A stretch of DNA of 34,046 nucleotides from assembly GCA_964582635.1 (NCBI GenBank), contig CAZOSO010000004.1:1-34046 (forward strand). Direction: 5' to 3'. This document shows positions 24,659 to 33,605 of the stretch, in pieces. Positions within the stretch are counted from its first letter, which is position 1. Each line of letters opens with the position of its first letter. Source of the stretch: an uncultured Weeksellaceae bacterium (lineage in GTDB: Bacteria; Bacteroidota; Bacteroidia; Flavobacteriales_D; CAYVSK01). Under the pieces are notes generated by a model. That model had not been told where the DNA came from. It ran no database searches and saw nothing but the letters and a program-made list of their open reading frames with translations. The translations under genes were made by a program, and so were the position numbers.

Positions 24659-26493
24659 ACGAAAGCATCCGTAAATACGTGATCATCGCGCTTTTCCTCC
24701 TCACGGGGATCGTCTTCGTGCTCCGCCTCTTTTTCCTGCAAGTGACCCAGGAAAAATGGGAAGTGAAGGCAGCCAATATTACGGAGCGTAAGGTCCCGAT
24801 CTATCCTTCGCGGGGGCTGATCTACGATCGTGATAGCAATTTGCTGGTGGCCAATAATGCGGTCTACGACCTGAAGGTGGTTCCCAGGAAGGTGGAGGAT
24901 ATCGATACCATGGAATTTTGCGAGCTGGTAGGGGTCAGCAGGGAAGAGTTCGAACGGAAAATGCTGAAGGCTCGGAACAGGTCCTCTTTCACCGCATCGA
25001 CCTTTGAAAAACAGATACCGGCCCAACAGTACGCGAGCATCGCTCAAAAGCTTTACAAATTCCCCGGTTTTTTTGGGGTTTCCAGGACCCTTCGCAGTTA
25101 CCCGGACAGTATCGCTGCTCATGTGCTCGGATACGTCAGCGAGGTCAACCAAAGAACCCTCGACACGAGCGATTATTACGAGCAAGGGGACTATATCGGA
25201 GCATCAGGGATCGAAGCTTCTTACGAAAAATATCTGCGGGGCGAGAAGGGGGTCCGTTACGTAGTGGTGGATGTACACAACAATGAGAAAGGCCCTTACA
25301 AGGGGGGCGCTTACGACACGGCCGCGGTTCCGGCGAAGGACCTCGTATCCAGTTTGGACGCTGAACTTCAGAAATACGGCGAACAGCTCATGGAGAACAA
25401 AGTGGGCAGCATTGCCGCTATCGAGCCCTCTACGGGCGAGGTCTTGAGTTTGGTCTCATCCCCGACATACGATCCCAATCTTCTGGTGGGACGGATCCGC
25501 TCGAAGAATTATACACGATTGGCCCAGGATAGCCTCAAACCCCTTTTTAACAGAGCCCTTCGCTCGGTATATCCTCCAGGCTCGATCTTCAAGATCGTTC
25601 AGGCATTGGTGGGCCAGGAAATGGGAGTCCTAAAACCCAGCACCACCTATTATTGCGATGGAAGCGTGATCAAAGATCACGTTTCCCCGGGCTACTACGA
25701 CCTCTTCCAAGGGATCAAGCGGTCCAGCAACATGTATTTCTATCGAGCTTTCCAACATATGGTTCAGCAAGGGAAAAAAAAGGACCCTTTTAAAGATGCC
25801 CGAATGGGCCTGAAAAAATGGCAACGCATGGTGGAGACTTTCGGCTTCGGAGAAGAACTCCCTTTGGACATCGGGAACCAAAAACCCGGCAACGTTCCGG
25901 GGCCGGCCTATTACGATGAGATCTACGGAAAACACCGTTGGAATTACAGGACCATTTATTCCCTGAGCATCGGCCAAGGGGAACTCGGAATAACGCCCCT
26001 CCAAATGGCGAACTTCGCTGCCACGATCGCCAACAGAGGGCATTATTATGCCCCGCACGTGGTCAAGAAGATCGAGGGACCCCACAACCGGATCGATGAG
26101 CGATTCAGACGAAAATTCCCGGTCGGCGTGGACAGCAGTCATTTTAAGACCCCCATAGAGGCTATGAAAGCGGTGATCGATGAAGCGGGGGGAACCGCTT
26201 GGCGGGCCCGGTCGGACAGCCTGACCATTTGCGGCAAGACCGGAACGGTCCAAAACCCCCATGGGGAGGACCATTCCTCTTTCATCGCTTTTGCTCCCAA
26301 GGAGGATCCCAAGATCGCGATCGCGGTGTACGTTGAGAACGCGGGTTACGGAGGAAGTTGGGCAGCACCGATCTCCAAGCTCATGGCGGAGAAGTATCTG
26401 CTGGATACGATCACGGACAAGAAAGCGGAAAAGCGGATCCTTGAAAAAGAGATCATCAAAGAAGGATCCCCCGAAGAAGAGAGCGATGGATAG
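24655..26493 (+). CDS. mrdA: Penicillin-binding protein 2 (elongasome transpeptidase)
   Basis: It has an N-terminal TM anchor and a PBP dimerisation domain (RG.IYDR..N.LV.N). The transpeptidase motifs are SxxK (PGSIFKI), SxN (RSSNMYF) and KTG (CGKTGTV). Confidence 0.9.
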   Translation: MNESIRKYVIIALFLLTGIVFVLRLFFLQVTQEKWEVKAANITERKVPIYPSRGLIYDRDSNLLVANNAVYDLKVVPRKVEDIDTMEFCELVGVSREEFERKMLKARNRSSFTASTFEKQIPAQQYASIAQKLYKFPGFFGVSRTLRSYPDSIAAHVLGYVSEVNQRTLDTSDYYEQGDYIGASGIEASYEKYLRGEKGVRYVVVDVHNNEKGPYKGGAYDTAAVPAKDLVSSLDAELQKYGEQLMENKVGSIAAIEPSTGEVLSLVSSPTYDPNLLVGRIRSKNYTRLAQDSLKPLFNRALRSVYPPGSIFKIVQALVGQEMGVLKPSTTYYCDGSVIKDHVSPGYYDLFQGIKRSSNMYFYRAFQHMVQQGKKKDPFKDARMGLKKWQRMVETFGFGEELPLDIGNQKPGNVPGPAYYDEIYGKHRWNYRTIYSLSIGQGELGITPLQMANFAATIANRGHYYAPHVVKKIEGPHNRIDERFRRKFPVGVDSSHFKTPIEAMKAVIDEAGGTAWRARSDSLTICGKTGTVQNPHGEDHSSFIAFAPKEDPKIAIAVYVENAGYGGSWAAPISKLMAEKYLLDTITDKKAEKRILEKEIIKEGSPEEESDG

Positions 26494-27814
26494 GCGGATC
26501 AATATCACCAAATATCTCGATTGGCCGACCTTTTTCCTCTTTTCGATCCTGGTCCTGATCGGATGGATGAACATTCATTCGGCCGCTTACAACCCGGAAA
26601 ACCCTTCCATTTTCTCTTTCTCGGAGGAATACGGAAAACAGTTCATCTGGATCGTGACCGGGTTCTTATTAGGTGGGGTCATTCTCTTGCTCGAAGGGGA
26701 TTTTTTCCGAAAGTTCGCCGGTCTTATCTACGGGCTGAGCATTTTCCTGCTCCTTTTGGTCTTTCCCTTGGGAACGGAAGTTCATGGAGCAAAGGCATGG
26801 ATCCAATTCGGTGGCTTTGCGATCCAACCTTCGGAATTCGTTAAACCAGCTTTGGGACTGGGTTTGGCTTCTTATCTGAGCAGCTTGACTCCCCGGACCA
26901 AGGGATGGTTCCGGACCCACTTGATCCCCTTGCTCCTCATCGGAATACCCGTCGGCCTGATCATGCTCCAGCCGGATACGGGAACAGCCTTGACCTTTTT
27001 GGCGTTCTTCATCGTCCTTTACCGGGAAGGATGGTCCGGGAACATCCTGATCGGGGGATTCATCATCGCTCTTCTTACGATCCTCACGCTTCTAACACGG
27101 GAAATGAGCTTTCAGGTCCCCTTTACAGAATGGAAGCTGAAAGGGAGCTACATCCTTATGGGATCAACGGTCCTGATCGGGCTCATGATATACAGTGTGG
27201 TCCAACGCTTTCTAAGGCCCCGAAAACGGAAAAGCTCCACGCTTGTAACGATCCTCATCCTGATGGTTGCCTGCGCCTTTATTTACGGAGTGGACCGTTC
27301 CTTTGAGAAAGTTCTGGATGACCACCAAAAGACACGCGTAAAGGTCCTTATCGGTCAAATAGAGGACCCTCAGGGTGCAGGGTACAACGTCGAACAAGCC
27401 AAGACCGCCATAGGATCGGGTGGCTTATCGGGAAAAGGCTATATGGAAGGTCCCCTTACCAAGTATAAATACGTCCCCATGCAGAGCACGGATTTTATTT
27501 TCTGCACGATCGGGGAGGAATGGGGTTTTATGGGGACGGCAACGGTGGTGATCCTCTTTACGGCCTTCCTGATCCGCCTGGTGATCGTAGCAGAACGGCA
27601 ACGTTCGGCTTTCTCCAGAATATTCGGTTATTCGGTGGCATCCATTATCTTCTTCCACGTAGCTATCAATATCGGAATGGCGATCGGACTCGCTCCGGTG
27701 ATCGGGATCCCGCTCCCTTTTTTCAGTTACGGAGGATCTTCCTTTTGGGCCTTCACGGTCCTCATCTTCATTCTATTAAGATTGGACGGAGAACGCTTGA
27801 TGGTCCTCCGTTAA
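26486..27814 (+). CDS. rodA: Peptidoglycan glycosyltransferase RodA (FtsW/RodA/SpoVE family)
   Basis: The sequence MDRRINITKYLDWPTFFLFSILVLIGWMNIHSA.. is followed by GAKAWIQFGGFAIQPSEFVKPAL, DTGTAL and C-terminal IGIPLPFFSYGGSS. The ATG at 26486 overlaps the mrdA stop by 8 nt. The upstream part of ORF 26261..27814 lies out of frame inside mrdA and is not coding. Confidence 0.9.
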   Translation: MDRRINITKYLDWPTFFLFSILVLIGWMNIHSAAYNPENPSIFSFSEEYGKQFIWIVTGFLLGGVILLLEGDFFRKFAGLIYGLSIFLLLLVFPLGTEVHGAKAWIQFGGFAIQPSEFVKPALGLGLASYLSSLTPRTKGWFRTHLIPLLLIGIPVGLIMLQPDTGTALTFLAFFIVLYREGWSGNILIGGFIIALLTILTLLTREMSFQVPFTEWKLKGSYILMGSTVLIGLMIYSVVQRFLRPRKRKSSTLVTILILMVACAFIYGVDRSFEKVLDDHQKTRVKVLIGQIEDPQGAGYNVEQAKTAIGSGGLSGKGYMEGPLTKYKYVPMQSTDFIFCTIGEEWGFMGTATVVILFTAFLIRLVIVAERQRSAFSRIFGYSVASIIFFHVAINIGMAIGLAPVIGIPLPFFSYGGSSFWAFTVLIFILLRLDGERLMVLR

Positions 27815-27865
27815 GGGATGAAATTCGGCTTTCACAACATGAATCGATAAAGGACTCCAAAGCAG

Positions 27866-29245
27866 ATGAGCGAAACCCAAGCCAAGCGTCCTGAAGAGCA
27901 GGCAAACCCCGAGGAAAAGGAGAAGAAGAAGAAGATCTATGTCCTGGACACCTCGGTGATCCTTTACGACCACAATGCGATCAACAGTTTCGAGGAGAAC
28001 GATGTGGCCATTCCGATCACGGTATTGGAAGAACTGGACAACTTCAAAAAGGGGAGCGATTCGATGAACTTCGAAGCAAGGGAGTTCATTCGGCAGGTCG
28101 ACACCCTTTCCAAGCAGGTCAGCCTACAGGATTGGATCCCTTTGAACGGAAAGGAGAAAGGGAATTTCAAGGTGGTCATGAACCGTTTTTTCGAGGAAGT
28201 GAACGCCGAGAGTGTTTTTTCTTCCGGAAAAGCGGACCATCGTATCATCGATGCCGCAAGGATCCTTCAAGAGGAAGAGTCGGACAAAAAGGTGATCCTG
28301 GTCACCAAGGACGTCAACTTACGCTTAAAGGCCCGCTCGCTTGAACTTCCTGCGGAAGATTACCTGACCGGGAAGGTGAGGGATGCTCAACATTTGAACA
28401 AGGGGAAAACGATGATCGAGAACGTCCCTCAGGAAAGCCTCGATAAACTGAACGAAGAAGGAAGTGTCCCCTATGGGGAATTCCTCCAGGAACGACCGCT
28501 CGATCATCACTTCTTCATCCTTCGGAACGAAAGAACTTCCACCCTTGCCCATTTCGACCCGGAAGAAGAGCTCCTCGAGAAGGTGGAGAAAGAACGGACA
28601 GCGGGGATCATGCCTCGAAATGCGGAGCAGACCTTCGCACTGAACGCCATCTTGGATCCCAAAGTGCGATTGGTGACCATACAAGGCATTGCAGGTACTG
28701 GGAAAACGCTTTTGGCCTTGGCAGGCTCGATCGAACAACGAAGGGATTTCCAGCAGATCTACCTCGCACGCCCGATCGTCCCCCTCTCGGATAAAGATAT
28801 CGGTTATCTCCCCGGGGATATCCACTCCAAGGTGGACCCTTTCATGCAGCCCCTTTGGGACAACCTCAAGTTCATCAAAGACCAATTCGGAAAAGAGGAG
28901 AAGCAACGGAAGCAGATCGACGAACTGGTCGAAAAGGAGAAATTGGTGATCTCAGCCTTGGCGTTCATCCGCGGGAGGACCTTGTCCAACATCATATTCA
29001 TCGTGGATGAAGCCCAGAACCTGACCCCCCACGAGGTCCGTACGATCATCACTCGTGCGGGAGAGAACAGCAAGATCATTTTCACCGGGGATATAGGACA
29101 GATCGATAGCCCCTATCTCGATGCAGAAAGCAATGGGCTCTCCTATATCATCGAGCGCTTAAAGGGTTCACCTCTTTACGCTCATATCGAACTGGAAAAA
29201 GGAGAACGTTCTGAATTGGCGGAATTGGGGAATCAACGCCTTTGA
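27866..29245 (+). CDS. PIN-domain / PhoH-like ATPase fusion protein (YlaK-type)
   Basis: The N-terminal PIN domain has YVLDTSVILYD...IPITVLEELD...DHRIIDAA..VILVTKDVNLRLKA. The C-terminal PhoH-type P-loop ATPase has Walker A (IQGIAGTGKT) and Walker B (FIVDEAQNL), followed by GDIGQID. Confidence 0.85.
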   Translation: MSETQAKRPEEQANPEEKEKKKKIYVLDTSVILYDHNAINSFEENDVAIPITVLEELDNFKKGSDSMNFEAREFIRQVDTLSKQVSLQDWIPLNGKEKGNFKVVMNRFFEEVNAESVFSSGKADHRIIDAARILQEEESDKKVILVTKDVNLRLKARSLELPAEDYLTGKVRDAQHLNKGKTMIENVPQESLDKLNEEGSVPYGEFLQERPLDHHFFILRNERTSTLAHFDPEEELLEKVEKERTAGIMPRNAEQTFALNAILDPKVRLVTIQGIAGTGKTLLALAGSIEQRRDFQQIYLARPIVPLSDKDIGYLPGDIHSKVDPFMQPLWDNLKFIKDQFGKEEKQRKQIDELVEKEKLVISALAFIRGRTLSNIIFIVDEAQNLTPHEVRTIITRAGENSKIIFTGDIGQIDSPYLDAESNGLSYIIERLKGSPLYAHIELEKGERSELAELGNQRL

Positions 29246-31351
29246 TCAGCGAAGGGTGTTCCGTCGGTCCTCGACGTTCGCGTGCTCCTTCAGGAGATCG
29301 AAGAGATTCCTTTGGACCCAGCGCCCCCTCCGAAGCTGAAGCCGCTGTTGGAGCGAGGCGAGCTCCCTTTTACTGGGCTTCCCGGCTTTGTCCACGTTCG
29401 TAACGAGGGCCAAATAGACCCCGGCATTCCCTTGAATAGGATGGGTATAAGCATCCTGAGACACCGTCATCAGTTTTCCGATCACGTAAGGCTCGTTGCC
29501 TCCACCCGGCAAGGAATTGCTGCTAAAGCTGACATCTTTGGCGGTTCGCACTTGGAGCCCATGGGCTGAAGCCAAACTGTCCAGGTTGTACCCCCCCTTC
29601 ATTTCCTTTTTGAAACGCTCGGCTTTTTTATTCTCCATCACCTTTTCCCGCATCTCATCTTTTACATTGGCAAAGGAGGGAGTACCTTCCTTTTTGACCT
29701 CGGTGAGAAGGGCGACGATGAATTTATCGCCACAGCGGATGGCTCGGGATATATTCCCTTTTTCAGCGTTGTAAGCCCATCGCACTAGTTCCCGGCTATT
29801 CTCGAGCCGAGCCACGGAACGATCGCTCTCGCGAACCCTGGAAGCCAAGCGAACGCGAAGCCCCATTTTCTGAGCCATTTTCTGAAAACTGCTTTCTCCT
29901 TTGCTGTCCATCCGGACTTTCTTGGCCAGGTTAAAGGCGGAATCCAAAGTAGCTTCGGAAGGCCGCACTTCTTTCTCGATGACCACGGTCTTAACCTGCT
30001 GGACAGGTTTCGTGCGTTCCTCCACTTGGATCAAATGATAACCGGCCCTGGTTTTGACCACGGGATAGCTTCCCGTGTCGGCATGGAAAACGGCACTATC
30101 GAAAGCGGGGAGCATTCGGCCAGGACGGACCCAACCGAGGGACCCGTTCTTTCGTGCGGAGCGGGGATCCTCAGAGATCCGCTTGGCCAAGGGGCCAAAG
30201 GGCTGGCCTTCTTCTTGAACGACCTTTTTCAAGCTATCGGCCACTCGCTTCAGGCTATCATCTTTACCCCGGATACCCCGTCCCAGGAGAATGTGGGAAA
30301 CCTTGACCGAGTCGGGGCGTTTCTCCTTCCCTTGGACTTTATAAAGGGTGAAAGATTCACCGTCCCGCACAGGACCGATGACCTCCCCTTTAGAGGCCTT
30401 GAAAAGAAGGGAATCGGTCGTGCTATCCGCGACTTCTCCTTTCCGAAGGAATTCGATGGGGCTCCCCGGTCGATCGGATTGATTGGACGCGTAAAGGGAA
30501 TCCTTCGTTTCCTTCTTGAAATGGGATCGAAGCTCCTCCATTTTCTTCTTGCCCCTTTTCAGATCTTTTTGAGAAGGACTGGCATCGACGATCACATATT
30601 TAAAAGAACGAGAGGCCTCTTGTTCGTATTCGGGATCATTCTTATGCTCCTCATAATAGGAGCGCAGATCGGATTCTTGAAGGTCCACCTTTTCGTCCGG
30701 AAGAGACCGGTAGGGCCGAAGGACATAACGGAGATCGATGGTCCGGTTCTGGCCTCTGTAAGCATCCCTCGTCTCCACGTCATTGGCATACATAGCCTTT
30801 TTGACGAGGTTGATGAATTTTTTGAATTCTCGCTCTTGAACGATGGACTCCGTCATACGTGTCCATTGCTTCCGGGCTTGCTGGTTCTGTTTATAGCTCC
30901 TTTTGATCTGACGAAGGACCATCTCTTTATTGAAGGTCCCCATTTGCTGCTCAAAGATCTTACGGATCCGCGGGTGCACATTATCCCCGGCCAAAAGGTC
31001 CTTCAATTCCGCTGAAGGCACCTCGATCCCGAGTTCTTTCATGTGTTTGCCGAAGAGTCGTTCCTGGACCATTCGACGCCAGACCTGATCCCGGATCCGC
31101 TGCTTCATTTCTTCGTCGATCTCTTTCTGGCGATTCTTTCGGAGCTGTTGAACTTGCTGATCCACCTTTTGCTGGTATTGCTCCTTGGGGATCTTTTTCC
31201 CGTAGATCTCCCCCACGTCGGCCATTTGGGGTCTTTGCCTGCTACAACCCCCTTGTCTGAGAAGTCCCCCTAAAATGAAAGCGACCATAGCCCCTCCGAT
31301 CACGATGATGAGGAGGCCGGAGCGCTTTCTGATCCGATTGATCATTGCCAT
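29246..31351 (-). CDS. Periplasmic chaperone / peptidyl-prolyl isomerase, PpiD/SurA-like
   Basis: It has an N-terminal TM anchor (SGLLIIVIGGAMVAFILGGLL) and a long SurA_N-like helical region. A parvulin-type PPIase domain follows (VKVSHILL....GSLGWVRPGRMLPAFDSAVF...GYHLIQV), then a C-terminal chaperone region. It is 701 aa. Confidence 0.8.
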   Translation of the reverse strand: MAMINRIRKRSGLLIIVIGGAMVAFILGGLLRQGGCSRQRPQMADVGEIYGKKIPKEQYQQKVDQQVQQLRKNRQKEIDEEMKQRIRDQVWRRMVQERLFGKHMKELGIEVPSAELKDLLAGDNVHPRIRKIFEQQMGTFNKEMVLRQIKRSYKQNQQARKQWTRMTESIVQEREFKKFINLVKKAMYANDVETRDAYRGQNRTIDLRYVLRPYRSLPDEKVDLQESDLRSYYEEHKNDPEYEQEASRSFKYVIVDASPSQKDLKRGKKKMEELRSHFKKETKDSLYASNQSDRPGSPIEFLRKGEVADSTTDSLLFKASKGEVIGPVRDGESFTLYKVQGKEKRPDSVKVSHILLGRGIRGKDDSLKRVADSLKKVVQEEGQPFGPLAKRISEDPRSARKNGSLGWVRPGRMLPAFDSAVFHADTGSYPVVKTRAGYHLIQVEERTKPVQQVKTVVIEKEVRPSEATLDSAFNLAKKVRMDSKGESSFQKMAQKMGLRVRLASRVRESDRSVARLENSRELVRWAYNAEKGNISRAIRCGDKFIVALLTEVKKEGTPSFANVKDEMREKVMENKKAERFKKEMKGGYNLDSLASAHGLQVRTAKDVSFSSNSLPGGGNEPYVIGKLMTVSQDAYTHPIQGNAGVYLALVTNVDKAGKPSKRELASLQQRLQLRRGRWVQRNLFDLLKEHANVEDRRNTLR

Positions 31352-31443
31352 CGTTCAGTAAGCTCTTTGAAATAAGGAGCGCTAATATACGAGCTGATTC
31401 GTGATCGGGAAAACGCTGAACTTGGAATGTGCGGGATCCAGCG

Positions 31444-31635
31444 TTAATTATCCGAGCTCCGACCCCTCATAAACCTACGCAGCCCGTACATAGCAGCGCC
31501 CAATAAGGGAAATATCAAATAAAAAGCCCCTTCGGACCATCCCTTCCTCCCGATCATAAAAAGGGCCATGATCAGAGCCGCGATCGCGATCAGCAGCCAG
31601 AAGATCTCCATGAATTTATGGGCTCCCTTCTTCAT
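31444..31635 (-). CDS. Small hypothetical membrane protein (two TM helices)
   Basis: The sequence is MKKGAHKFMEIFWLLIAIAALIMALFMIGRKGWSEGAFYLIFPLLGAAMYGLRRFMRGRSSDN. The longer ORF (to 31731) would lie inside lptC. Starts at 31635 or 31611 are both possible. There is no homology-type evidence, so the call rests on hydrophobicity and position only. Confidence 0.4.
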   Translation of the reverse strand: MKKGAHKFMEIFWLLIAIAALIMALFMIGRKGWSEGAFYLIFPLLGAAMYGLRRFMRGRSSDN

Positions 31636-32212
31636 CCCTCTTTCTACCCGGTTTGTCGAAATACCATTCGCCGGTGATCTCTTTGATACGGTATTTGCTA
31701 AGATCTTCTTCAGCGACAAGGCCGTTTCCATGGATCACCCCATCCGCTCGGGTGATCTTGACGAACTTGTCCGTATAGACCTTTCCACTGTCCCGATCCC
31801 AGGTCAGTTTTTCGGTGTTCAAGCGCTCCCCTTTCGCATTCTTGACCACCACATTGTTCCGAGCGATCATGCGCTCCTGGTTTTCATACATGGTACCCCT
31901 TTCCGCTTGAAGTTCGGAATCTATGGAGTCGTTCTCGTAAAAGACGATATGGAACCCCTTATGGAATTCGATGCGAGCTCCTTTCCCTTCTTTTTCGAAA
32001 TGCTCCATCTCCTGGGCGTAAAGTTTCATGAGCTTGCGCCCGGAATCGCTATAGGTGAGTTCCACCCCATAACTGGTACGTACAGGGACCTCCTCCCGAT
32101 CCGTCAAGGCTTTCACCTCTTCCATTTCGTTCTGGCCACAAGAAATAAGCATCCCAAGAGAAAGGCTCAGGATGCTCAAGATACGGTACGGATAAAAGGA
32201 GGAAATACTCAC
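31616..32212 (-). CDS. lptC: LPS export system periplasmic component LptC (lipoprotein type)
   Basis: The lipobox is SLSLGMLISC|GQ. LptC-like beta-jellyroll repeats follow (VELTYSDSGRKLMKLYAQEM..F..G..IVFY......L.AERG.MYENQERMIARNNVVVKN.KGE.LNTEKLTWD...GKVYTDKFVKITR.DGVIHGNGL.A.EDLS.Y.I). A GTG at 32212 overlaps the upstream stop (GTGA) and gives a normal-length signal peptide. The ORF is open up to a TTG at 32248. Confidence 0.7.
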   Translation of the reverse strand: MSISSFYPYRILSILSLSLGMLISCGQNEMEEVKALTDREEVPVRTSYGVELTYSDSGRKLMKLYAQEMEHFEKEGKGARIEFHKGFHIVFYENDSIDSELQAERGTMYENQERMIARNNVVVKNAKGERLNTEKLTWDRDSGKVYTDKFVKITRADGVIHGNGLVAEEDLSKYRIKEITGEWYFDKPGRKRDEEGSP

Positions 32213-33582
32213 CAGGATTTTCGGGGGCGTGTGGTCTCCCCGATCCAACAGCCGATCTTGTAAGGTTCGTCTTTGGGTTCCCCCTGATCGTTCAGCATTT
32301 GATTCGTGAACATCGGGTCCTTGCCGGGGAATTGACCCCGATAACCGCCCAGCCTGTTCTGGACCAGTTCCTTAAGTGAACTATCCTTGGCTCCCACCCG
32401 TTTCCGGGCTTTCTTCGCATAATCGGCGGCCAACCAATAGACCCCTTTACCATCGAGTTTCCCCTTACATTGACCTTCGCTTTTCGCGATGGCATCAGCG
32501 ATGATGATATAGGGCCAAGGGCTTTCGCTATTGAGATCCATGGCTTTCCGAGCGTATCCGTTCGCTTTACTGACAAGGCCCCGCTTATTGGCATTCCGTC
32601 CAGCTTGGATGTAAAACTCCGCCAATCGTTCTTCATTCACTTTGCCCGAATCCTTCTCTTTCATGAGCTTGATCGCTTCCTGGAAATACTTGGAAGCTTC
32701 TTCGTGGTTCTCGTTCTTCATTTCGAGAACACCGATCTCATAGGCCGAACCAGCACTTGGATCTTCCTTATAGACCTTTTTCGCCAAACGAGGATAGAGA
32801 TCGGTCTTTTGACACTTCCGTTCCTTTAAGGCCAACATCATCTGTTTTTTCAAGGCCGGCGTGAGAGCGGAATCCTTTTCCAACCATTCCTTGTAATGCT
32901 TCTCTAACATTTCGCAATCCGTAAGCGCCTTAAAGACCTTATCGACCTTCGGCTTGATCTTCTGCTCGTAAAAGTTCTTGAACTTCTCGTTCCTGGGATC
33001 TTTGATGTTCTGGTCGATGTAATGTGAAATAGGAACGTACTCGAGAGCGATCTCCTTCTTGGTCGCCGAATCGATCTTGTACAGGTAATAAAGGGACACA
33101 TAGTAGCGTCCGACGTGCGGAGGGAAAGCCTCTTTTTCGAGGCCGTGCACGGATTCGGAAAGCAAACGATTCCCTTTTATAAGCATTTCCGTAGGAAGGA
33201 ATTTCCGGTACTTCACATAATGAGACCCTTTTTTCCCTTTTATTTTCAACTCCTCTCCGTATTCCTTCTTCCGCTTATCGTAGACCCACATCAAGGAATC
33301 GATGTATTTCCTCTTTTGAGCACTGTCCTTGGCTTTTTTGATAAAATGCTGGTAAAATTTCTCCCCGTCCACATAAAGCCTTTTCGAGGCCCGGGGGCAT
33401 AGTTCGACGGCTTTTTGCCAAGGGGAGATCGCCTTTTCGATCTCCTTGTTATCCCGAAAGCTCCGGTAAATGGTCAATTTTTCGATACACTTGACGCTAT
33501 CCTCTCCGGTACCGTACTCCTGGCCGAAAACGGGTGATCCAAAAAGAAGGAAAACAAGAAAAAAGACGTGGAACGGTTTCAT
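32209..33582 (-). CDS. Secreted tetratricopeptide-repeat (TPR)-like protein, function unknown
   Basis: The Met at 33582 gives a clean signal peptide, MKPFHVFFLVFLLFGSPVFGQ. The protein is all-helical and K/E/Y-rich with TPR-like A/Y/L spacing (e.g. SAYEIGVLEMKNENHEEASKYFQEAIKL, AEFYIQAGRNANKRGLVSKANGYARKAMDLN). The ORF is open to 33633. Confidence 0.65.
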   Translation of the reverse strand: MKPFHVFFLVFLLFGSPVFGQEYGTGEDSVKCIEKLTIYRSFRDNKEIEKAISPWQKAVELCPRASKRLYVDGEKFYQHFIKKAKDSAQKRKYIDSLMWVYDKRKKEYGEELKIKGKKGSHYVKYRKFLPTEMLIKGNRLLSESVHGLEKEAFPPHVGRYYVSLYYLYKIDSATKKEIALEYVPISHYIDQNIKDPRNEKFKNFYEQKIKPKVDKVFKALTDCEMLEKHYKEWLEKDSALTPALKKQMMLALKERKCQKTDLYPRLAKKVYKEDPSAGSAYEIGVLEMKNENHEEASKYFQEAIKLMKEKDSGKVNEERLAEFYIQAGRNANKRGLVSKANGYARKAMDLNSESPWPYIIIADAIAKSEGQCKGKLDGKGVYWLAADYAKKARKRVGAKDSSLKELVQNRLGGYRGQFPGKDPMFTNQMLNDQGEPKDEPYKIGCWIGETTRPRKSW

Positions 33583-33605
33583 AATCCTGCTTTTTATTTC
33601 GTTGC

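Noticed and set aside
27651-27666. Partial parS-like sequences: TCTTCCACGTAGCTAT inside rodA (11/16 matches) and AAAAAGACGTGGAACG at 33560..33575 (9/16 matches). I also looked at other CACGTG cores at about 5017, 10968, 13699, 24071 and 26047.
   Set aside because: Only one half-site or just the CACGTG core matches, and the flanks lack the GTT/AAC arms needed for ParB recognition. All lie inside coding sequence. I do not regard them as functional parS sites.
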